From: Oopsacas minuta
Taxonomy: Eukaryota > Animalia > Porifera
Length of the DNA: 64,000 nt
NCBI GenBank assembly: GCA_024704765.1
Contig: JAKMXF010000222.1
Location: forward strand, 1,301,424 to 1,365,423
Reading direction: 5' to 3'
Below, piece after piece: positions 45,867-55,089 of the stretch. A model generated the notes under the pieces. It searched no databases, had not been told where the DNA came from, and saw only the letters and a list, made by a program, of their open reading frames with translations. Position 1 is the first letter of the stretch, and each line of letters starts with the position of its first letter. The translations under genes were made by a program, and so were the position numbers.

Positions 45867-47639
45867 ATGAGTGAGATCCCATTGCAAGCACTTTCCACAC
45901 ATATCCTCAATTTAGCTAGAGACGGAGACTTAACTCAGTTGAAGCAGAAGAAGAGCTATATCCTACAGACGGGAGACCCGTACGGAGCTACTCCTGCTCA
46001 CTATGCTGCTAGAGGCGGTCAGTTGGTGGTACTCCGATGGTTATATGAGGAGTTTGGAAAGGAGTGTTTCAGAGCTAGAGCTAATAGTGGAGCTACGATT
46101 GCACATGACGCTGCTGCTCTGGGACACTTGCCTACCTTAGAGTTCATCTTGAACCAAGTGGACCCTGAACTCCTGGACACACAAGACGATACAGGTGCTA
46201 TTCCTCTCCATTTAGCTACAAGGTTTGACCACTTGAATGTAGTACAGTGGCTTGTAGAGGTGAAAGGTTGTGACCCGCTGACTCCATCTAAGAAAGGCAT
46301 AACCCCGATGCACATAGCGGCAGGAAGAGGCGCTAAGGCTTGCATAAAGTGGTTCATACATATGAGAGATGACGTAGCAGACTGCAGGACTGTGAATGGA
46401 GCTACCCCTGTGTACTATGCAGCTCAAGAAGGTAGACTAGATTGTCTAAAGGTAATTGTAATGGAGGCTCAGGGTAATCCTAGACAGCGAGCTTATGACG
46501 GTATGACTGCACTACACGCAGCTGCTCAGAATGGACATTTACACTGTGTTATATGGCTAGTAACACACGGAGGCGTGTCTGTAATGGAACGAGATAAAGA
46601 GGGAGCTACACCCGGTCACTATGCAGCAGCTAGAGGTCATGTTAATGTGCTACGCTGGTTACTACAGAATGGAGCTGTAGCAGTAAAGGACGAGCTGGGG
46701 GGAACCCCTCTACATGACGCAGCAGAGCACGGGCAGATTGAGACCGTACGAGTACTACTGGAGGCAGGGGCTGATCTTCTAGCTAGAGATATAGACGGAC
46801 AGACTGCTGAGCAAGTAGCAGAGAGAGCAGGACACTTTACCTGTGTGGAGTGTATACGGACTGTTTTGAAGCAGCACTCCCTCCCTATAGCTAGGAAATA
46901 TTCTCAACCATTAGACAGGAATAAACAACACAGATTCTCCATAGCTTCAGCCAGGAATGCAGGAAGAGATTTTTACAAGAGTATTAGTAAGAGGAAGACT
47001 CCTAATACTATCTCTTCTCCCAGTCTAACTGTTCTTATGTCTAAAGAGGGATATGAGAATGGAGTGGGAATAATTCCAGAACTCAAAAGCAGTAAGAGTC
47101 TTCCTTCTTCAGCTCGCAGCCCTAAGATAGGTCGGAGGACATTTCTTCCCTTAGCCAAGCCTGCTTCCGAAGAGGTCTGGCTCCGACAGGGGAGAGGTAC
47201 TCAAGAGGATCAGACATCTCCCTCTCCTCGCAGGAGGGATCTACCTGTATACAATAATAAAACTGCATTTTCTCATATCCCTGCTCCTTTCCCATCTCCA
47301 GGACATAGTGACAAGAAGCAGGTACACTTCCCTATCACTCTCCCGCCTAATTTTAAGTCACAGGAGGACATCTCCCTCGACGGTATCCCTACTACAGATC
47401 AGTATGGTATAGCTATACCTGAATGGAAGAGACTTATAATGGCAAGAAAAGCTAAGAAGGAACTTGAAGATTCTTCATCTGGTCCCAAGCTAGACGCCCG
47501 TATAAGAAGTAAGTCTATGTCAGAGCAGTCAGTACGTTCCTCTCTAGAAGATCCTCAGAATACTAGTATAACTCCTCAATGGAAGAGAGATCTGATAAAG
47601 AAGAGAGGATTGAAATTGGAAAAGATTCAAGAACCCTGA
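45867..47639 (+). CDS. Espin-like ankyrin-repeat protein, intronless (ATG 45867 preferred)
   Basis: About 9 ANK repeats matching espin (NGATPVYYAAQEG, DGMTALHAAAQNGH, GGTPLHDAAEHG); C-terminal IPEWKRLIMARK and PQWKRDLIKK. Confidence 0.85.
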   Translation: MSEIPLQALSTHILNLARDGDLTQLKQKKSYILQTGDPYGATPAHYAARGGQLVVLRWLYEEFGKECFRARANSGATIAHDAAALGHLPTLEFILNQVDPELLDTQDDTGAIPLHLATRFDHLNVVQWLVEVKGCDPLTPSKKGITPMHIAAGRGAKACIKWFIHMRDDVADCRTVNGATPVYYAAQEGRLDCLKVIVMEAQGNPRQRAYDGMTALHAAAQNGHLHCVIWLVTHGGVSVMERDKEGATPGHYAAARGHVNVLRWLLQNGAVAVKDELGGTPLHDAAEHGQIETVRVLLEAGADLLARDIDGQTAEQVAERAGHFTCVECIRTVLKQHSLPIARKYSQPLDRNKQHRFSIASARNAGRDFYKSISKRKTPNTISSPSLTVLMSKEGYENGVGIIPELKSSKSLPSSARSPKIGRRTFLPLAKPASEEVWLRQGRGTQEDQTSPSPRRRDLPVYNNKTAFSHIPAPFPSPGHSDKKQVHFPITLPPNFKSQEDISLDGIPTTDQYGIAIPEWKRLIMARKAKKELEDSSSGPKLDARIRSKSMSEQSVRSSLEDPQNTSITPQWKRDLIKKRGLKLEKIQEP

Positions 47640-48084
47640 ATTTAATAAAGCACCAACCAACATATCAATCATAATCACAATTAATTTATTCTTAGGTTTT
47701 ATATGATATTATATTCACTTTTAAAAAGATTTGTATTCGTTTTATTTGTCAATAAACCCAAATATATATTTCCATATTTACTCGGATATTAACAGGGGTT
47801 GATTATTTAATTTGTTTTTTTATCCACCTTCAATGCAAAGGGGAATATTATTGTGGAATACGGCAATTACTATAAAAGTACACCTATGTCATTGGCGAAG
47901 TAGTGGCCAAGGTATTGTTCCGGCCATAACCAAACTGGCTGGGCCAGCCCTATTGGTCCTGAATAGTACATGGGAGCTGATGTAGACCTTTCGTTATTGA
48001 TTTATATGTCTGTAAGGGTGCTATTAATCTAGGATATACTATATTCATCTTGTTACATCATTAATATTCCTGCTATTGTTTAAG

Positions 48085-48627
48085 ATGGGAAATAGTATCA
48101 GTACCCCAATAATTACAGAACCGGAGAAGAAACCAGGCAGATCTTTGCTTATAGAGTGTATTTCTTCTGGTATTATAGGAGCTATTGCTGAGATACTCTC
48201 CCAATTAATAAAATCATCTTCTCTGAATAACTTTAATATTCACAACATAATATCCTACTTCATATTCGGAGTAATAACTGCTCCAATAAGTAAGAAGCTA
48301 TTCATACTCCTGGAGTATTTATTGAAAGATATTCCAGAAGGATTCTCTAAATTCTTTAAGAAAGTTATAATCGAGAGAGCTATATTTGCTCCTCTATTCC
48401 TCTTCCTCTACAAGATGCTCATACCTCTGTTACAGGGTCAGCCCTTATCTGACGTTATCAAGAAACTGCCTCAGAACTTCTTAATAACTCTACTAATTAA
48501 TATCCTAGTCTGGTCTCCATTTAGTTATATTAACATGAACTACGTTCCTATAGAGAAAAGAGTTATATCTGCTAATCTAATGGGACTGCTATGGACTTGC
48601 TTCCTATCTTTTCAGAGTTCTCCCTGA
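48085..48627 (+). CDS. Mpv17/PMP22 family membrane protein (PXMP2-like)
   Basis: Four hydrophobic segments, FGV.TAP, KKVIIERAIFAP, WSPFSYINMNYVPIEKRV..ANLMGLLWTCFLS. Confidence 0.85.
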   Translation: MGNSISTPIITEPEKKPGRSLLIECISSGIIGAIAEILSQLIKSSSLNNFNIHNIISYFIFGVITAPISKKLFILLEYLLKDIPEGFSKFFKKVIIERAIFAPLFLFLYKMLIPLLQGQPLSDVIKKLPQNFLITLLINILVWSPFSYINMNYVPIEKRVISANLMGLLWTCFLSFQSSP

Positions 48628-49483
48628 GTTAAGTTCTACTTTTATTTGTAGAGTTATTTGACGATTTATATTATTTGTTTCAGTGAAAAACATTTATGCA
48701 TTTTATCAGTTTATCTATATGTGTATCTTTACTTTTAAGGCAAGGTTTTTTGTTGTTTTTTTAAGCAATTTTTTTCTTATTCATAATAAACAATCAATTA
48801 CCCCTAATATATAACGTATTTACTCGAATGGTTGCCCCTGGCCTAGGGATCAATCGGGGCCCTGGTCCCGGCCAAAAAGATGAGAATCCGGCCCTTGGCC
48901 AGCCGGGGTGTTTGATGAAATTCATGCCTAGAGTTATTTCAAAAGCAAAACATCATAGGTTTGGAACGAAGAAATTTAAATGCGAGATACTAAATCAAAA
49001 TATATACGTATCTCTATAATCTTCTAAATCTTGCTTATATCAAATCTTCACTATTATCATCAATTTCCTCGATGTGTTGATTAGGAAGAACTACATCAGG
49101 AGGTGGTTGAAGTAATTTGAATGAGCCAAATCAAACAGGGGGCGATTATTCGAGTAAGACGGTATGCAAACTCGAAATGGTCGGGTGTTTTCTCATCTGT
49201 ATTGCATTAGTAGTCTGTTCAAATTCATTCGGGCATGCTGTATTGGTCAGTATTTGAAATCACTGCCGCTTGTATCAGAACCTAAGTGACTTCTGACAAA
49301 TTCAAAACTTAAGAATTGATAAATTTTTCTGACAAGTGCCAGAAATTAAAATTCTAACAAGCATTGATTCAAAATTCTAGCTAATGCAATGCAGCATTCA
49401 GCTTCCCCAAACGATCACCTCTTTATGAATATCAGTTTATAATGTAGAACTACTATACATAGTTTAGTACATTCCTGATTATA

Positions 49484-49720
49484 ATGAGTAAGAAACAAAC
49501 ACCAAGTGACTTCCTGAAGCAAATAACAGGTAAACCTGTGTTAGTGAAGTTAAACTCAGGAGCTGATTATAGAGGAATACTCATGTGTCTAGACGGATAT
49601 ATGAACATAGCATTAGAACAGACAGAGGAGTATATGAATGGAGAATTGAGGAATAAATACGGGGATACACTCATTAGAGGGAATAATGTGCTTTATATCA
49701 GTACTCAGAAGAAGAAGTGA
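49484..49720 (+). CDS. LSM6: U6 snRNA-associated Sm-like protein LSm6, intronless
   Basis: KQTPSDFLKQI, VKLNSG.DYRG...CLDGYMNIALEQTEEY, IRGNNVLYIS. Confidence 0.95.
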   Translation: MSKKQTPSDFLKQITGKPVLVKLNSGADYRGILMCLDGYMNIALEQTEEYMNGELRNKYGDTLIRGNNVLYISTQKKK

Positions 49721-50215
49721 GTTTCTATTATCTTGTAACTCCGTTCTATTTGGTGACTGGCTGTAGAGATGTTGTGCTGTTTGAATAAGGACTCTGTTGA
49801 TAATTCACTTTTCTTAATGCAATTATTCGTAGTTTCGTTAAATTATTGAAATGTATACACGTAGAGAATATCTCAACTTAATAATCACTATTTGATGTTT
49901 GAGTATTATTTCTCATGAAACTGTCGGAGCATTTTTCTGAAAAATTCTTGAATTTTACAGCATAATTTTCTCCTGGGAGGACAAATATTTTCTCTCAGTT
50001 GGCTCTTAGTTTAACATTGAGAATAAGTTGACAATGTCGCATTGAATGGCGACAAGTCCTCTCTTCTTAATTTGTCTCAAATGAATTAGCTATGCAAAAT
50101 CGGCGGTCAGTAGTTCGTACCCAATTAAGGCAATAATATATATGGTCCCCGGTGAACTTATTAACAAGCATCCATTGTAATTCGTTAGTAGAAATTGTCT
50201 GTTTTTAAGTCAGTG

Positions 50216-50950
50216 ATGTCATCATCTGATATAAGTGTAGAACAAGATGAACCTGACATATCTCTAGAAAATTCTCAATCTCTCAGTTCTGATAACTCTT
50301 CTCATCACTCATCAGATCGGATCCCAGAAATTAATGATATTGAAGATACTCCTTTTTTAGTCACTACACCCTCAAGTAATATTCAAACTACTTCTAACAT
50401 TGACTCTCTTCCATTGGATTTTGAAGCCACTCCCTCAATGACATTTGAAACAACTCATTCAATAAACTTTACAGATATTCCTTCTTTGGATATTGAAGCT
50501 ACCCCATCACTTAACCTATCTGTTAGTCCTACATTAAGTTTAGATACTACTCCTATTAATATAGCTACAGATATTAGCCTTGAAGAGAGACATGTATCTA
50601 TAGAACAATCTGAGCATGTTACAGAGCCACAGGCCGAGCTACTTGAAATATTATCAGAAGTTGTTACAAGGGCAGGAGAGCAGACAGAGGTTACTAACAA
50701 AACTTCTGTTCCTTTCCCTCTCACTAGAGTTAAGACAATAATGAAGACAGATCCTGATACTTCATTGATACAGGCAGATGCAGTTGTTCTGGTGGGTGAA
50801 GCTGCTAAGATGTTTTTGAAACGATTCTGCAGAGATGCACAGAAGGTAACAGCTGGTAGCAAGAGGAAGATAGTTAATAGAACAGATGTTGACACCTGTA
50901 TTAACAGGTATGATGAGTACTTATTTCTAGAAGAGCAGTTAGATTGGTAA
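50216..50950 (+). CDS. POLE4: Histone-fold POLE4-like protein with a long acidic Ser/Thr/Pro-rich N-terminal extension
   Basis: C-terminal PLTRVKTIMKTDPD...KRKIVNRTDVD...DEYLFLE; KxDPD favours POLE4 over CHRAC1. Confidence 0.75.
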   Translation: MSSSDISVEQDEPDISLENSQSLSSDNSSHHSSDRIPEINDIEDTPFLVTTPSSNIQTTSNIDSLPLDFEATPSMTFETTHSINFTDIPSLDIEATPSLNLSVSPTLSLDTTPINIATDISLEERHVSIEQSEHVTEPQAELLEILSEVVTRAGEQTEVTNKTSVPFPLTRVKTIMKTDPDTSLIQADAVVLVGEAAKMFLKRFCRDAQKVTAGSKRKIVNRTDVDTCINRYDEYLFLEEQLDW

Positions 50951-51295
50951 TCAGTATATTATCTCCATCTTTGGCTTGTGTAACACGGGTATGGAGATGT
51001 AAGTTGTCTATTATTTGTATAGTAGTTTGATTAATTATTGAAATATATCTCGAAAACATTATAGTGATAGGAACAGGAAATATTCCTGTGATGTAATGAT
51101 AATGAGAAAATTCGACACTTGATTGCCGGAAACTTACATATTGTCGACAACCGTTAATTTGAACTTTCACTAATTCGAACGATTTTTTCCCCGTGAAAGT
51201 TCGAATTAACCGTTGTCCACTGTATTTGGTCTTGTTATCCATGTCATAGTTATACCTCTTGTTAGCTTTATTCTTATTAGTTAAACTTCTTAATA

Positions 51296-52489
51296 ATGGA
51301 ATTCGACTACCTTGCTTACATTGAAGAGCTGAAGGATGAGGTAGAAATGAAATTTGATAAGATTATCACAGCTGCTAATAATCGAATGAAACATCTTCTT
51401 GATATTCTAACTCAACTAGCAGATAAGTTTCGCAAGAATCGAATAATAATTGAAGAAGAACTTGAGAGACTTGACTCCCTCCTAGAGGAGAGCAACAAGA
51501 CAACCAACCTGAATGAGTTTGATGAGAAGGTACGTATGGTGCAGGAGAAAAGAGAGTCACTAACTGAACTAACTCATCTAGATTATGTGTGTGTAAAGTG
51601 GGATCACAAGCTGTTGGATTTGATTAGCGATTATGGAAATATGTCAGTAGAGAGAGGTGCTCTCTATTCTTCCAGGTTTAACCACCGTGTATCTACTTGT
51701 CTCAATCAATCCTCAATATCTCTATTAGAGCCTGACAACTTAGCTATAGATTCTTACAATCAAGAACTCTATGTATTGGATTCAGCAAACAGTTGTGTAT
51801 TCGTATTCTCTCGAGAAGGAGAGTACATACGTCAGTTTGGTCAGGGACTATTGTCTCTATGGGGCGGGATGGATGAGCCTAAAGGAATATCTATCAGAGA
51901 CAAGCGAGTGTTCGTAACTCAGTCTCAAGGACATTGTCTCAAAGAGTACAATCTAGAAGGTACTCAGAGGGGACAGGTTGGGAGTAAAGGCAATTCTCCG
52001 AGACAATTCAATACTCCTATAGGCATAGACACAGATACTAGTAACATATTCGTATGTGATTGTCATAATAACAGAATTCAAGTCTTAGACTACAATCTCA
52101 AATTTGTGAGGAGAATTAGTGGAGTTAGTTTGAATTTCCCTCGGCAATTAAGAGTATTAGATAATCGTATATTTGTGCTGTCTTTATATCTCACCTGTAT
52201 TCAGGAGATTGACAAGCAAGATGGTTCTTGGATTAGAAGTATAATTACACTAGATAATTCAGATCAAGTTAGTAGGATAACTTTCTCATTCGACAGGATA
52301 CGGAATCTATTTCTATGTAACCCAGTAACTCATTCAGTATCTGTATTCTCACACAATAATGAACAGTTGTTACATACTTGTGATTTTCCTAAGAGACAAG
52401 AGCTGCTGTGCGTAGCTTCATTAGGTGGAGATGTATGTGTTATTGCTAGGGAGAAGGATACTTACGAAGTACTCAGTATACGAATTTGA
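51296..52489 (+). CDS. Coiled-coil + NHL beta-propeller protein lacking RING/B-box (TRIM-NHL-like), 397 aa
   Basis: Coiled coil to VCVKWD, then NHL blades EPDNLAID..ELYVLD, EPKGISI..VFVTQ, FNTPIGID..IFVCDCHNNRIQV. Confidence 0.85.
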   Translation: MEFDYLAYIEELKDEVEMKFDKIITAANNRMKHLLDILTQLADKFRKNRIIIEEELERLDSLLEESNKTTNLNEFDEKVRMVQEKRESLTELTHLDYVCVKWDHKLLDLISDYGNMSVERGALYSSRFNHRVSTCLNQSSISLLEPDNLAIDSYNQELYVLDSANSCVFVFSREGEYIRQFGQGLLSLWGGMDEPKGISIRDKRVFVTQSQGHCLKEYNLEGTQRGQVGSKGNSPRQFNTPIGIDTDTSNIFVCDCHNNRIQVLDYNLKFVRRISGVSLNFPRQLRVLDNRIFVLSLYLTCIQEIDKQDGSWIRSIITLDNSDQVSRITFSFDRIRNLFLCNPVTHSVSVFSHNNEQLLHTCDFPKRQELLCVASLGGDVCVIAREKDTYEVLSIRI

Positions 52490-52890
52490 TAATTTATATT
52501 TATTGTTACATTATAGCTCTTATGATCTTGAATTTATAGCTACTTTTATTGTGATATCATTATTCGCTGTTTTATTACACCTATACGTGTATATAAATAT
52601 TATACTTCTAGAGGTAGAATAATTATAATGATTTGAATCATTCACGGGTCTATCGTATTTCTCAGAATTTGCGCCTACCCAAACTAGTGAATACAAATTT
52701 ATCTCCTGGAATAATTTTCTGTATGAAAATTACACCTAATTTTACATGTGACCAATTGGGATAATCAAACTCCTGAGGTTGTTATTATCCTTAAAATTAT
52801 GAAAATATTTTGACCAAAAATAGGGAAGAAAAATAAGCTCCGAGATACACTATTATTGTCTAATCAGTTATCACTCATTTAACAGATAGC

Positions 52891-53601
52891 ATGTCATCAG
52901 GTGTCACCAGACAACCACGCAAACAATTAGCTCACTCTCATGCTGATTCAGTTCTGAAGAACATAGAACTTGCTAAGGTTAGAGAGTGGAACGAACATGA
53001 TGTTATCAGACAATTCCTGGAGCCTTTGGAGTTTGGATATTGTAGCAAAGCTTTTGAACAACATCGTATAACCGGACCTGCTCTCGTGTCTCTGACAGAG
53101 GAACATCTTAAAGAAATAAATGTGATGTTAATAGGAGACAGGGTGCTGTTTATGGAGTACCTAGCTATCCTAAAGAAGAAGAAAAGGCAACAAGAACGAG
53201 CAAACTCTATCTGGACAGGAACCACACCTCATGTCAGTTGTGCATACTCCTCTAATCCCTGTCAGTTTCTGTTCAGATTCTGCTGTCCCTGTTGTGTGGC
53301 TAAAACCACATGGAGTGTAACATCTCAAGGGTTACGTTCTAGTGCCTATCCGGCCTCAATCAATATTGTGGGTAAGACAGACAGAGAGTTTATTGATTTC
53401 CGCTTCCTCAAAGACCTCGAAGTACATTCTGAACCCACCTGTATCTGCTGCTGTAGAGGATATGACTTGTTAATATACGCAGATGATCCCTCTGAGAATA
53501 GTGCTAAGCACGGCGAGCCAACTCGCCTTTCTCATCCAGAAGCTTTACAGGTAGAGAAACTGATTAGAGATGCCTGGGCAGATGCTAGATTAGTAGACTA
53601 G
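52891..53601 (+). CDS. SAM-domain protein with Cys clusters and a possible PH-like C-terminal domain, 236 aa
   Basis: SAM: VREWNEHDV..FL......YCSKAFEQHRITGPALVSLTEEHLKEINV..IGDR; FCCPCC and CICCC motifs. Confidence 0.75.
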   Translation: MSSGVTRQPRKQLAHSHADSVLKNIELAKVREWNEHDVIRQFLEPLEFGYCSKAFEQHRITGPALVSLTEEHLKEINVMLIGDRVLFMEYLAILKKKKRQQERANSIWTGTTPHVSCAYSSNPCQFLFRFCCPCCVAKTTWSVTSQGLRSSAYPASINIVGKTDREFIDFRFLKDLEVHSEPTCICCCRGYDLLIYADDPSENSAKHGEPTRLSHPEALQVEKLIRDAWADARLVD

Positions 53602-54073
53602 TCACTTATTAATGTTAGAACGCTGCGTCGCTTATAACTGTTATTATATAGAGCCTCTTTATCATTTAAGTTGCTTATTTATAATATTTTTATATTTCCA
53701 AAGACTCTCACTTCAATTCTTTTTGGTAATTTTGGTAAATAAGTATTATTTACATGTATTATTAACTTATTTCGTTCCACGAGCTTGTCCGTTGTAGAGG
53801 TGTTGTCCGATTTTCGAAGTGTCCGTTTTGGGACTCCACTGCATTCAGTTGGGTACCTAATTCATTCAACCTAGTTTTGTATTGACTGTATTATACGTTT
53901 ACTTATTACCACACGTATATTCCAGTCTATACAGTTCCATATTGAACACAGTGCTTACTAATAGTTGTCTCAAAAGTCGTTACTTTAATTTAATTAAAAT
54001 AAAATAGTCTTACAGAATCTAATCTTTAAAAGTAAGTGAATTTTCTTTTCAGTACTTGTTCTTGTTTGACATA

Positions 54074-54319
54074 CACGGCCAAAAGTATTGGAACACTATG
54101 CCACAATTGACACATGGCACAAATATGTATTTACTTCAGTTGCATAGGCTGAAGATAATTTCAAACATCTGTGAACTTATTTCGATTATTACTTTTATCA
54201 TTAAAATCGCCTTTTTCTGATATATTTTCAGACCATTCAGTACTTATATTCTCGCAATGTGCCATATGCCACATGTGTCATTAATGGTATTGTGTTCCAA
54301 TACTTTTGGCCAAGGAGTG
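54074..54319. mobile_element. Tc1-like MITE
   Basis: TA|cac(-5 nt)ggccaaaagtattggaacac ... gtgttccaatacttttggccaaggagtg|TA. Confidence 0.8.
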
Positions 54320-55089
54320 TATATTTACTCTAGGTAGTATAGTAGGTACTGCGCGCATTATATGGCTATTTTTGCTGTACTTATATAATACTGACTCTAA
54401 CTTCTAACAATATTACAAAGTGATATCTTAACTATTAAAGTTAGTTGAAATGTTTAAACTATTGTCTCAACTTATTGATAAAAATGCTATCATTTCTCAT
54501 CCAGGCAAAATATTCCTGTTATCAACTCAATGAGCCCATTGTAGTGTCAGTACTATAGTGGTTGGATTAACTTAGTATTAGCTAGATTTGGAATATCCTT
54601 AAAATACAGGGATTATTTATAAAGCTTAGAACTACTCTCTGATTATGAATATGAATAAGATCAAGTTTACTAGAATATCATTTTTGACACAATACACAAC
54701 TTGTATTTTATCTTATACCTACGGACGTTAATGTTCTTCAGTTATAAACTAAATGTGTTATAATCTGAAATATATATTATTAACTAAATAATTTCGTTCA
54801 TAGTCTTTAATTTTTTTCGAGATAGGGATCGGGGGAGTCAAATACAAAACGATTTAACTGTTAACAAATCTAGTTATAATTTATTGAAGATGATTGCTTT
54901 CATGGGCTCATAGAATTATCTAAGTTTAATGAATCTTTCAGCTCTGGACGATATTTGTTAGAGAATTTATTTAAATAACCTTAGTTCCCTACTACTCAAT
55001 TGACTTAATATAATAATCAGTATTATTTTATCTACTAGCCCTAGGCTACACACTTTAAACACATTACTATTATGAAATTGTAACGAACA

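Noticed and set aside
20629-50895. Antisense ORFs such as 20629-20994, 24378-24707, 33226-33591, 46019-46357 and 50455-50895
   Set aside because: Shadows of well-supported + strand genes, with no recognisable motifs.
24100-50950. POLE2 and POLE4 as a dedicated polymerase-epsilon gene cluster
   Set aside because: They are 25 kb apart with about a dozen unrelated genes between them; chance co-location is enough.
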